DNA from: Ferroacidibacillus organovorans
GTDB taxonomy: Bacteria > Bacillota > Bacilli > Alicyclobacillales > SLC66
Assembly: GCF_001642725.1 (NCBI RefSeq)
Contig: NZ_LSUQ01000044.1
Span: 1-20,723 of the forward strand
Length of the DNA: 20,723 nucleotides
Direction of reading: 5' to 3'
Shown: positions 9,148 through 18,070 of the stretch, piece after piece
Position numbering within the stretch: the stretch's first letter is position 1
Layout of the letters: the number at the start of each line of letters is the position of its first letter
The notes under the pieces: generated by a model
Databases searched by the model: none
The model's input: only the letters and a program-made list of their open reading frames with translations
Told to the model about the DNA's origin: nothing
Position numbers and translations under genes: made by a program

Positions 9148-10101
9148 ATGAAACCGTACGTCTTGACGGTTACTGCCAACCCGGCGCTTGACAAAACCTA
9201 TTTTCTCGAGGCGTTCCGTCAGGGAGAGGTCAATCGCGTGCGCCGCGTGATGAAAGCGCCTGGCGGCAAGGGAATCAACGTCTTGCGCGTCTTGCACACC
9301 CTTGGCGTAAATGCTTGCGGTACAGGGTTTTTAGGGGGAAACACGGGTGAGTGGATCGCCGCTGAACTGACACGGATGGAGATATGCCACGATTTTTACA
9401 GGATTGCTGACGAGACGCGCACCACGGTCAATGTCCTTGAAACTGGGCTTTCGGAAGCGGCGCGGCGAAGCAGCGAACTGTTGGAACCGGGGCCGACGGT
9501 TGTGGAAGATATGACCCTCTTTTTCAAGCATCTGGAACCGCATTTGTCGATGGCGGATCACGTCGTCATGAGCGGGAGCCTGGCGCCTGGTTTGCCGACA
9601 GACTTTTACGCACAATGGATCAAGCGCACGGCGCGGCGCGGCGGAAAATGTTACGTGGATACGCGTGGGGACGCGATGGTCGAGGCGATCAAGGCGCGAC
9701 CGTATCTCGTAAAGATGAATCAAGTGGAGTTTGAGGAACTGCTTGATGTAAGGATGAGGGATCGCAAGGATTTTTACGATGGGCTTGAGACGCTGTGTGA
9801 AAAGGGATGTGACGTAGCGATCGTCACTTGCGGCGCAAAGGGATTTTACGCCCGCGCAGAGGATGGAAGTGTGTGGAAAGGTACCATGCCTGCGCTTGCC
9901 GCAGTCAATCCGGTGGGGAGTGGAGACGCCTTTTTCGCAGGACTTGTCGCTGCGCTTTCGCGGCATGAAGGCTTTGTTGACGCGTTGCGACTTGCGGGTG
10001 CGTGCGGTGCGAGCAATGCGCTGCGCGCTCAAGTCGCAGAAGTAGAGTATGATGAGGTTATGAAGTTAAGGGCGTGTCTGAAGATCGAAAAAGTGAGGTG
10101 A
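9148..10101 (+). CDS. 1-phosphofructokinase / tagatose-6-phosphate kinase family (PfkB/LacC/FruK)
   Basis: Motifs TVTANPALD, GGKGINV, SGSLAPG, K.N..E and NPVGSGDAFFAG. Confidence 0.93.
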   Translation: MKPYVLTVTANPALDKTYFLEAFRQGEVNRVRRVMKAPGGKGINVLRVLHTLGVNACGTGFLGGNTGEWIAAELTRMEICHDFYRIADETRTTVNVLETGLSEAARRSSELLEPGPTVVEDMTLFFKHLEPHLSMADHVVMSGSLAPGLPTDFYAQWIKRTARRGGKCYVDTRGDAMVEAIKARPYLVKMNQVEFEELLDVRMRDRKDFYDGLETLCEKGCDVAIVTCGAKGFYARAEDGSVWKGTMPALAAVNPVGSGDAFFAGLVAALSRHEGFVDALRLAGACGASNALRAQVAEVEYDEVMKLRACLKIEKVR

Positions 10102-10106
10102 CGGCT

Positions 10107-11063
10107 TTGGCGCAACCGTATGATCTGCCGCTGGAGGAGCTGGAGATGTATCAGCCAAAGCTCACGCGCGAGGTGGACTTTGACGCGTTTTGGGCGTCTA
10201 CGTTGGGCCTTATCAAGGATGCGAATTTGCAGGTTTCCATGCGCGAGATGGACTACCCGGTGGATGGCGTGCGCGTGTATGAACTCTCGTACTGCGGGTA
10301 TATGGGCGCGACGATCCGCGGTTTTTACGCGGTTCCTGATCGGGTCGGTCCGCATCCCGGCCTTGTCGTTTTTCACGGCTACAACTGGTCGTTTGACGGC
10401 GGCATCCACACTGTCGTGAATTGGGCGCTCCACGGTTACGCGACGTTTGGCATGCTGACGCGCGGACAACACAGCAGCCAGGACAATTCGATCAGTTCGC
10501 ACGGCCATCAGCTCGGCTGGATGACGAAGGGAATTCTAGATCCGCAGGAGTATCATTATCGCGGCGTGTACATGGATGCGGTGTTGGCGCTTGAAGTGCT
10601 CGCGCAACAACCGAACATCGATGCGCGGCGCATCGGAGTGACTGGCGGAAGCCAAGGGGGCGGACTCTCGCTCGCGGCTGCAGCGTTGTCTGAACGCGCG
10701 GCGGTGGTTGTCGCGGATTATCCCTATCTCTGTCATTTTCGTCGCGCCATGGATGTCTCACCGACGGGGCCATACCTTGAAATCAACGAGTTTTTTCGGA
10801 GAAATACGGCGCCACAGACTGAAGAGACGGCGATGAAGACACTCTCTTATTTCGATGTCATGAACCTCGCACCGAGGATCACGTGTCCTGTGCTCATCTC
10901 CGTCGGCTTGATCGATGAAATCACACCACCCTCCACGATTTTTGCGGCATACAATCATCTGACGTGCGCGAAGCAGATTCGCGTGTATCGCTATTTTGGA
11001 CACGAAGAGATGCCAGGGTTTCAGACGGAGAAGTTAGCTTATTTAAAAGCGTATCTAAAATAA
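10107..11063 (+). CDS. Acetylxylan esterase / cephalosporin-C deacetylase (carbohydrate esterase family 7)
   Basis: DLPLEEL N-terminus, FHGY, RGQ, GGSQGG nucleophile, GL.D...PP and GHE. TTG 10107 follows GAGGTG; GTG 10098 is an alternative start. Confidence 0.93.
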   Translation: MAQPYDLPLEELEMYQPKLTREVDFDAFWASTLGLIKDANLQVSMREMDYPVDGVRVYELSYCGYMGATIRGFYAVPDRVGPHPGLVVFHGYNWSFDGGIHTVVNWALHGYATFGMLTRGQHSSQDNSISSHGHQLGWMTKGILDPQEYHYRGVYMDAVLALEVLAQQPNIDARRIGVTGGSQGGGLSLAAAALSERAAVVVADYPYLCHFRRAMDVSPTGPYLEINEFFRRNTAPQTEETAMKTLSYFDVMNLAPRITCPVLISVGLIDEITPPSTIFAAYNHLTCAKQIRVYRYFGHEEMPGFQTEKLAYLKAYLK

Positions 11064-11091
11064 GGCGCGATCGCTCAAGGAGGCGTTTGGG

Positions 11092-11988
11092 TTGCGCGTT
11101 GGGATCATCGGTCTTGGCGACATTGCAAAGAAAGCGTACCTCCCCATCTTGGGAACGCGCGCGGGAATTGAACTGAAAATCGCCACGCGAAACGTTGCCG
11201 TGCTTCATGACATCGGGGAGCGATACCGCATTCCGGCACGCTACTCGACGGTCGATGCGCTGCTTGAGGCGGGGATTGACGTTGCGTTTGTGCACGTCGC
11301 GACAGAGGCGCACATGCCTGTCGTAAAGGCGCTGCTTCAGGCGGGTGTTCACGTTTATCTCGATAAGCCGATTGCCAATACCTATGAAGAGGCTCGGTTG
11401 CTTGTACAGATGGCAGAACAACGTGGATGTGTGCTCAGGATTGGATTTAACCGCCGCTTTGCCCCGATGTACCGCCAAGTCAAGACGAATGAAACGCCGG
11501 ATCTGATCGTGATGCAAAAAAATCGCACGTCTCTAGCAGGAAGCCCCCGCTCTGTGATTTTCGACGATTTTATCCACGTGATAGATACGCTGCGATGGCT
11601 TGGAATGAGCACCTATGATACGCTTCATGTGCGGTGGAAGATGAAAGGAAATGAGCTTGCGCACATAGTCGCGCAGCTCAGCGCGAAAGAACATACGGCG
11701 ATTGGCATTATGAATCGCGAGAGTGGATTGAGTGAAGAGACGCTGGAAGTGATGCGTTCTGGAGAAAAATGGATCGTCCGCGATCTCGCAGAGCTTTCGC
11801 ATTGGCGTGGTGCCGCGACGGTGACAAAGCGTAGTGACTGGCAAAATGCGTACGAAGCGCGCGGTTTTAATGCGATTGTTGAGGATTTCTTTGCAGCGGT
11901 TTCGCGCGGGAGAGATGATTTGACGCGAGACATGCTCGATACGCACCGCGTTTGTGAAGAGATCATCCGCATGATCGAAGAAAAGTGA
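11092..11988 (+). CDS. Gfo/Idh/MocA-family oxidoreductase (MviM/YceM-like)
   Basis: GIIGLGDIA Rossmann motif, HVYLDKP, GFNRRFAP.Y and DDFIH.ID. AAGGAGG precedes the TTG start. Confidence 0.92.
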   Translation: MRVGIIGLGDIAKKAYLPILGTRAGIELKIATRNVAVLHDIGERYRIPARYSTVDALLEAGIDVAFVHVATEAHMPVVKALLQAGVHVYLDKPIANTYEEARLLVQMAEQRGCVLRIGFNRRFAPMYRQVKTNETPDLIVMQKNRTSLAGSPRSVIFDDFIHVIDTLRWLGMSTYDTLHVRWKMKGNELAHIVAQLSAKEHTAIGIMNRESGLSEETLEVMRSGEKWIVRDLAELSHWRGAATVTKRSDWQNAYEARGFNAIVEDFFAAVSRGRDDLTRDMLDTHRVCEEIIRMIEEK

Positions 11989-12010
11989 AGGTGTGACGTG
12001 GAGGGATTGT

Positions 12011-12571
12011 GTGACGGTTGTCGCTGTTGTCATTTTTGTGCTTTCGCTTGGAATGGACACATTGCTGATGTCGATGTCCATTGGTGTGACAGCCTACTCA
12101 AAACGCAGTCGGTGGCGAATCGGACTGACGTTTGCCGCAGCTGAGGCGATCATGCCGCTCATTGGATTGATGTTTGGGAGAACGCTTGGAACGCTCGTCG
12201 GGCAGTGGGCGACATTGCTCGGTGGGGTCGCACTTCTCGCAATCGCCGTATGGCTCATCTTTTTTGAAAACGACGACGAAGATGGAAAACGGGCGCGCCA
12301 ATGGACGGGGTGGGGGCTTCTCTTGACTGCGCTCAGCGTCAGTGTCGACGAATGGGCGGTGGGGCTCTCCATGGGATTCATGCAACTCCCGATGGGTCTC
12401 CTTGTGATCTCGGTTGCAATCCAGGCGTTCTTCTTCACATGGCTTGGCTTGACCTTTGGTGGCAGATTAAAAAAATATTTCGGAGAATGGTCAGAAAAAG
12501 CGGCGGGTGGTATGCTCGGTTTGCTAGGGTTGTGGGTTCTTATTTCGGCGCTCCGCCATATCACCTCGTGA
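12011..12571 (+). CDS. MntP/YtaF (DUF204) family membrane protein, putative Mn2+ efflux pump
   Basis: Two repeats with SLGMD and SVSVD..AVG, plus F...E..MP..G and E...G..L. GTG 12011 follows GGAGG; GTG 11993 is an alternative start. Confidence 0.8.
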   Translation: MTVVAVVIFVLSLGMDTLLMSMSIGVTAYSKRSRWRIGLTFAAAEAIMPLIGLMFGRTLGTLVGQWATLLGGVALLAIAVWLIFFENDDEDGKRARQWTGWGLLLTALSVSVDEWAVGLSMGFMQLPMGLLVISVAIQAFFFTWLGLTFGGRLKKYFGEWSEKAAGGMLGLLGLWVLISALRHITS

Positions 12572-12633
12572 CGAATGTGTTGAGCGATATCGTCGCCGTA
12601 ATTCGTCGATGCTTCCTATCGTTCCAAACCATC

Positions 12634-13566
12634 TCAACCCAGTTTGTTTATCTTGCTCGCGTTTACGAGGATACGATTTCCTTGGTTGTACCAGGTGACG
12701 CGCAATTCCGGATAGCGCGCGGCGAGATAGAGAGCCTGTTCTGAACTGCTTTCCACAAAATGCGTATAGCCCAGTTCGAGTGCCTTTTTGCCTTTCCAGT
12801 TCGCTCTGAATTCTGGGTTTTCTGCTACGTCGCCTTCTTCGCGAAGAACGACAGGGATGTCGATGCGAAATTTACGCAACCATTTTTCTGTACGCTCCCG
12901 ATCGATTTCAGGTCTGGACGTAATGATCACGTCTCCCGGTGAAACCATGGGGGCATAGGATCCAAGGGGCATTTCATCGCGTCGCGCAAGCATTCCTGCA
13001 AGATCATCGTTATCCCGCTCGTCATGCTTAAGATCATCCAGAAATACCCCATCCAAATCCCAAGCCGTGTGTTCATATTCGTGATCAGGCAAGTCATCGG
13101 TTCTGCTTTCCCCATTGATGCGATAGCGATTCCACGGGAACAGCACTTGGAGGTCGTCGTTCTTCCAGTCGATACAAATGTATTCCGGGTTGACGAGCGC
13201 CCCCGGCACTTTACAGACGACAAGTGTGGATACGGCATAGCCAGCATTGCGCAAGAAATTTCGGCAATTCAGTAGCGTCGTCCCTTTACCGGCTGAATCC
13301 TCACAGAGCAACACCTTTGCTTGCGCGTTGGGTGCTGAACCTATCCACTCCACCGAACTGTCGGCGCGATGGTATGCGATGAAGTAGACAGGGAGTCCTG
13401 TGAGAAATGACATGTGCATGCCTGCGAATGTTCCGCCACGCAATACAATGACAATGGCGTTAAAGTTTTCAGAGCGAACGCGCTCGGCCAAGGCGTCTAA
13501 TCCCAAGGTTATCGCATTATAGTCAAGATAGGCGTTGCCGAGCCATTCTGTGATATGTGTTGGCAT
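12634..13566 (-). CDS. Type I phosphoribosyltransferase fused to a C-terminal HAD-like phosphatase domain
   Basis: The N-terminal half has IVIVLRGG, a PRPP loop VLLCEDSAGKGTTL and VLFPW. The C-terminal half has WDLDGVF, IITSRPE, WK and HFVES. ATG 13566 follows AAGGAG. Confidence 0.8.
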   Translation of the reverse strand: MPTHITEWLGNAYLDYNAITLGLDALAERVRSENFNAIVIVLRGGTFAGMHMSFLTGLPVYFIAYHRADSSVEWIGSAPNAQAKVLLCEDSAGKGTTLLNCRNFLRNAGYAVSTLVVCKVPGALVNPEYICIDWKNDDLQVLFPWNRYRINGESRTDDLPDHEYEHTAWDLDGVFLDDLKHDERDNDDLAGMLARRDEMPLGSYAPMVSPGDVIITSRPEIDRERTEKWLRKFRIDIPVVLREEGDVAENPEFRANWKGKKALELGYTHFVESSSEQALYLAARYPELRVTWYNQGNRILVNASKINKLG

Positions 13567-13833
13567 AAATTGTACTCCTTGATTCAAAATTATTTTATAA
13601 ACGTGCAAATTAGGAACCGTATGACGGCGTATACCGTGCCATGATTTTGAGATAGACTACTCTCTATGTACCAGTTTTCTTGGCGGTTTACAAGTTGCGT
13701 TTACGTTTACGCATGGTATCCTTTATTCATATTCACTTGTGACATCGGGGGAGATTCTAGGCGTTTTCGCCGGAATATTCGTTATTATTGTTGACCCCAT
13801 TCTCCTTTAGAGGAGTGAGTTGAGATTCCCGAA

Positions 13834-14562
13834 ATGCCTAAAGCAATCCTTCTTGATCTTGATGATACGATTCTCTCCTATGAAAGTGTGGCCGACGTGA
13901 GTTGGCGCGTGGTATGTAACGAAGTAGCAAAAGAGATAGCGCCTGTAACGAAAGAGGACTTGGTTAGCGCATTAAAAGCGAATGCAACGTGGTTTTGGAG
14001 TGACCCTTTGCGTCATAAAGTGGGGCGAATGGATCTTCTCGCCAGTCGCAAAACCATTGTCGACATGACGCTCACTGCTCTTGGTGTGAGTCATCCTTCT
14101 CTCGCTGAATGGATCGCAGTCCGCTTTGAAGAAGAGCGAACGCAAGCGATCGACCTTCTTCCTGGAGCTGTTGAGACTATCGAATTTTGGAGGAAGGCAG
14201 GCATAAAATTGGCGCTGCTCACGAATGGCGCTGGAATCTCGCAACGCGCTAAAATTGATCGATTTTCGCTCTCCTCCCATTTCGATCTCATCCTCATTGA
14301 GAGTGAATTTGGTGTAGGCAAGCCAGAAGAGAAAATCTATCAACATGCTCTAAATGTGCTGGACGTTTCTGCTGTCGATGCGTGGATGATCGGCGACAAC
14401 GCCGAGTGGGAGGTTGTGGCACCGCAACGGATGGGCATCAAAGGCATATGGGTTAATGGAAAAAACGCGTCATGGCCGGAGGCGTTTGCGATCAAACCGT
14501 ATCGAATCATTCGCAGTCTGAGTGATCTCTTGCAGTTTGAAACGATGATCGACGACACGTGA
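13834..14562 (+). CDS. HAD-superfamily hydrolase (YjjG/YfnB-like, subfamily IA)
   Basis: Motifs LLDLDDT, LLTNG, GKP...IY and MIGDN.EW.V. Confidence 0.93.
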   Translation: MPKAILLDLDDTILSYESVADVSWRVVCNEVAKEIAPVTKEDLVSALKANATWFWSDPLRHKVGRMDLLASRKTIVDMTLTALGVSHPSLAEWIAVRFEEERTQAIDLLPGAVETIEFWRKAGIKLALLTNGAGISQRAKIDRFSLSSHFDLILIESEFGVGKPEEKIYQHALNVLDVSAVDAWMIGDNAEWEVVAPQRMGIKGIWVNGKNASWPEAFAIKPYRIIRSLSDLLQFETMIDDT

Positions 14563-14653
14563 GGACGTGTTTCACATGTCGATAACGTTAACCGGGAGAG
14601 GCAGCACATCGCGCGCTGTCCTTTATTTAATCATCGAAGGGTGAGGTGTAACG

Positions 14654-15688
14654 ATGGGGATTCGCGTAGGGATTATCGGCACGGGGTATGGCGCAAAAGT
14701 GCATGCGCCCGTTCTTTTGAAGCATCCGGATTATGAATTGGTGGCGCTTAGTGGCGTAAGGCCGGGAAGGGCGCGCGCGGAGGCAGAGCGACTATCCATC
14801 CCGCACGCCTTTGATGACTGGAAGGAGATGATCGAAGCATCCGCGTTAGAGATGGTGGTTATCGCGTCAGAGCCGATGGTACACGCCAATATGACGATCG
14901 CTGCGCTCGAGGCGGGTGTACACGTGTTGTGCGAGAAGCCGCCTGCTTTGAATCTCGATGAGGTAAAAGCGATGAAGAGGGTCGCGGATGTGCAGGATCG
15001 TCACTTGTTCATCAATTTTGAGTGGCGCTATTTACCGGAGCGCCAAATGATCAAACGTATCCTTGACGAGGGGAGCCTCGGTGACGTCATTCATGTCCAC
15101 TGGCGAGATGCGCGCGGCATGCTCGATCGCATTCGCGAGGCTGAGAACACATGGCTGTGGAAGGCGGAGCGCGGTGGAGGAATGCTCGGGGCCGTCGGAT
15201 CGCACATGATAGACGCGCTGCACCACTGGTTTGGCGAGATGGAGACAGTTCATGGGCAGTTGGTGCGCCAGATCAAAACGCGGCGCGGGGTACAAGGGCT
15301 TGAAGAGAGCACGGCGGATGACTCGTTTATGATTTTAGGAATGTTTCAAAAGGGCGGCACCTGCTCGGTGCAATTCATTTCGTCTGCGATCGGCGTCGAA
15401 CCTCAACTCGAGATTTTCGGTACGAAGGGAACACTCGTCTTGGAGGGGGATTCGCTGCGTGTCGCGACGACTCCGTCGGCAGAATTCAAGGATGTGGGTC
15501 TTTCGGAGCGCATGGATGAGAGCGGTTTCCCTGCAGCGATCCAAGCGTACATTCATCCGCAGTGGACACTTTATACGGAGATCGCACGCGCACTGGCTGG
15601 GGAGAAACCGGACTCGCTCCCGGATTTTGATGATGCGATACGCGTTCAATCGGTGCTGGATCAACTAAGGTATTTTAACAATACATGA
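14654..15688 (+). CDS. Gfo/Idh/MocA-family oxidoreductase
   Basis: Motifs GIIGTGYG, HVLCEKP, NFEWRY.P, GGGMLGAVGSH.ID and IFGTKG. Confidence 0.93.
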   Translation: MGIRVGIIGTGYGAKVHAPVLLKHPDYELVALSGVRPGRARAEAERLSIPHAFDDWKEMIEASALEMVVIASEPMVHANMTIAALEAGVHVLCEKPPALNLDEVKAMKRVADVQDRHLFINFEWRYLPERQMIKRILDEGSLGDVIHVHWRDARGMLDRIREAENTWLWKAERGGGMLGAVGSHMIDALHHWFGEMETVHGQLVRQIKTRRGVQGLEESTADDSFMILGMFQKGGTCSVQFISSAIGVEPQLEIFGTKGTLVLEGDSLRVATTPSAEFKDVGLSERMDESGFPAAIQAYIHPQWTLYTEIARALAGEKPDSLPDFDDAIRVQSVLDQLRYFNNT

Positions 15689-15698
15689 TGCAGAAGGA

Positions 15699-16320
15699 GT
15701 GACAATCCTGGCCGAAGTGTTTGATACATTTGACAAAGACATGAATTGGACTGGCACCGCAACAAGAAAGGAAGTTCATCGTTTCGGATTCTGGCATCAA
15801 ACATTTCACTGTTGGATCTTGCATCGTGATTTAAATGATGATTTTTTGGTACTGCAGCGCCGACATCCGTCAAAGGATATTCATCCGAACAAACTGGACG
15901 TCAGTTGCGCTGGACATTTAGAAGCACATGAATGTCCTTTGGACGGAGTTCGAGAGCTTCGAGAAGAATTAGGCATTGGTATTGCCGATATTAATTTGCG
16001 GAAAATAGGTATTTATAGACATTCAGACAGAAGTAACGGCATTGCGGATAATGAATTCTGTCATATTTTTTTTGTTGGTGCATGAAAATATGACGTTGGC
16101 AAATTATCGGCCAGCATGGGGTGAATTGAGTGGACTGTATTTAGTACGGGTGGACGATATGAGAAATCTTTGTTATAGAGTGGCAACCGAAATCTTGGTT
16201 AAAGGATTCGAGATGGATGAAAACGGTCAACACTTGAAGAGTGTATTGTGGATCACTCTTGGTGATATGATCGAATATGACATATCGTATTTTGAAATGT
16301 TGTTTGCGAACCTTGAATAG
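15699..16320 (+). pseudogene. Nudix hydrolase (IDI type-1-like), split by a +1 frameshift in a T8 run at 16066-16073
   Basis: The first ORF has R.EVH..G.WH.TFHCWI, LQRR...K...P..LD.SCAGH, the Nudix box RELREELGI and DNEFCH. Removing one T joins it to the 16042-16320 frame (IFLLVHEN...ELSGL), giving about 206 aa. Confidence 0.85.
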
Positions 16321-16427
16321 AAAATCCTTGAATTTTTCCTTTAAAGATGTCAAATGAGATCATGGCGGTGAATGGCATTGGTAGCTTTGAATCCGGAAAA
16401 TCTTGAGCGTTATGAGGTGATCGACGG

Positions 16428-17006
16428 ATGAATTCAAAACCAATCATGTTAGATTTTAAAGATCAGTTTGAAACAGAACGATTAACGATTCGATCCCCTC
16501 TTTATGGAGATGGAGCGATGGTCAACGAGGCAATTCGTGAAAGCATAGAAGAACTTCGACCGTGGATGCCGTGGGCGAATCAAGTTCCTTCTGTCGAGCA
16601 GTCCGAAGAGAATGTGCGTATCGCTCGCGTTCGATTTTTGGAACGTTCAGACTTGAGATTTCATGTCTTTCATAAAGAGACAGGAGTTTTTATCGCGTCT
16701 AGTGGTCTTCATCGAATGGATTGGACGGTCCGAAAGTTTGAAATTGGATACTGGATTCGTACCTCTCAGGGTGGAAAAGGATTCATGACGGAGGCAGTAG
16801 AAGGAATTGCGAATTTTGCTATCGATCAACTGTCTGCCAATCGTTTGGAAATTCGCTGTGATTCAAAAAACGTTCGAAGTATTCGGATGGCGGAACGACT
16901 TGGATTCACGTTGGAAGGGATCTTGCGGAGTGAGACTTTCGCTGTAACAGGGGAATTTCTGCGAGATACCATGGTGTTTGCAAAGGTTCGCGGCCAGGAA
17001 TTTTGA
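16428..17006 (+). CDS. GNAT N-acetyltransferase, RimJ/RimL family
   Basis: Motifs ETERLTIR, LRPWMPW, EIGYW....GKGFMTEAV and N.RS...AERLGF.LEG.LR. Confidence 0.93.
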   Translation: MNSKPIMLDFKDQFETERLTIRSPLYGDGAMVNEAIRESIEELRPWMPWANQVPSVEQSEENVRIARVRFLERSDLRFHVFHKETGVFIASSGLHRMDWTVRKFEIGYWIRTSQGGKGFMTEAVEGIANFAIDQLSANRLEIRCDSKNVRSIRMAERLGFTLEGILRSETFAVTGEFLRDTMVFAKVRGQEF

Positions 17007-17028
17007 ATATAGGGAGTGCGATTTGTGA

Positions 17029-17478
17029 ATGAGTCATATTTTGATAAGGCCAGCTTGCTCGGATGATAGGGATGCTTTAACAGATCTTATGGATGAGTAC
17101 ATCGTGGATTTTTATAAAAAGTCGAAACAACCCAGAGAAAGAATCCAAGACCTTATCACATTGTTGCTTGATCATCGTGATGGCATTCAATTTGTCGCAC
17201 AGCAAAACGAGGAACTTGTCGGATTTGCTACTCTTTATTATTCCTTCAGTACATTGCGAGCAGGAAAAATTTCTATAATGAACGATTTGTATGTGATTGA
17301 GGGTGCTCGGGGATCAGGCGTTGCCGCAAAATTGTTTGATGCGTGCCATCACTACTCTAAAGCGCATGGTTGTGCATTCATGTCGTGGACGACTGCCAGC
17401 GACAATATAAGGGCACAGCGTTTCTATGAGAAAATGGGGGGCACCACTGGAGACTGGCTGAATTATTCGATTGAATGA
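17029..17478 (+). CDS. GNAT N-acetyltransferase
   Basis: Motifs LVGFA, NDLYV...RGSGVA..L and N..AQRFYEKMG. Confidence 0.92.
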   Translation: MSHILIRPACSDDRDALTDLMDEYIVDFYKKSKQPRERIQDLITLLLDHRDGIQFVAQQNEELVGFATLYYSFSTLRAGKISIMNDLYVIEGARGSGVAAKLFDACHHYSKAHGCAFMSWTTASDNIRAQRFYEKMGGTTGDWLNYSIE

Positions 17479-17584
17479 TGCACGCTTTCGAGCATTGAAA
17501 GATCGGCGCATCGAGATTTGGGAGAGAGGAGCGTCTAGGTTTGGATGAATTGTGATTCGCTGAAAAGGAGTGTGGAGAAGCGAT

Positions 17585-18061
17585 ATGGATGCGCTAAAAC
17601 AAAGCGCTCAGCGCGTGCAGGATTTTTTGCGGGAGCATGGGTTTGCCAACGTTGTTGTCGAGTTGCCTGACAGCACGCGCACGGCGGCTGAAGCAGCGGC
17701 GGCCGTGGGGTGTTCGGTGGGTCAAATCGCAAAATCGATCCTGTTTCGCCGTGCGGACACGGACACGCCAGTCCTGGTCATCGCGAGCGGGACGAACCGC
17801 GTCAATGAAGAGCGAATCGCCGAGTGGCTTGGCGCGAAACTCTTGAAGGCAGACGCAGATTTTGTGCGCGCGCACACAGGGTATGTGATCGGCGGTGTGC
17901 CCCCGATTGCCCATGTGTCGTCCATGGCGATCGCGATCGATCAGGATCTGCTGCAATACGACGCCATTTGGGCGGCGGCGGGACATCCGAAAGCGGTGTT
18001 TCGATTGACGCCTGACGAATTGTTGGAGATGACGAAGGGGTGCGTGATGGGTGTCGCGTAG
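17585..18061 (+). CDS. YbaK/EbsC family aminoacyl-tRNA deacylase (trans-editing domain)
   Basis: Motifs TRTAAEAA...G....IAKS, V...TGY.IGGVPP and WAAAG. Confidence 0.92.
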   Translation: MDALKQSAQRVQDFLREHGFANVVVELPDSTRTAAEAAAAVGCSVGQIAKSILFRRADTDTPVLVIASGTNRVNEERIAEWLGAKLLKADADFVRAHTGYVIGGVPPIAHVSSMAIAIDQDLLQYDAIWAAAGHPKAVFRLTPDELLEMTKGCVMGVA

Positions 18062-18070
18062 CGCGATGGG

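Noticed and set aside
13567..13680. Possible purine or preQ1-type riboswitch upstream of the PRTase fusion
   Set aside because: Only short 4-bp stems are visible. I could not match any riboswitch consensus or terminator; an Rfam/Infernal scan would settle it.
14599..14628. Possible intrinsic terminator after the HAD gene (AGGCAGC...GCTGTCCTTTATTT)
   Set aside because: The stem is short and bulged and the U-tract is interrupted, so it is too weak to call.
13834..18061. Integron-like cassette array of small co-oriented genes
   Set aside because: The intergenic segments share no repeated attC-like sequence, and no integrase is present.
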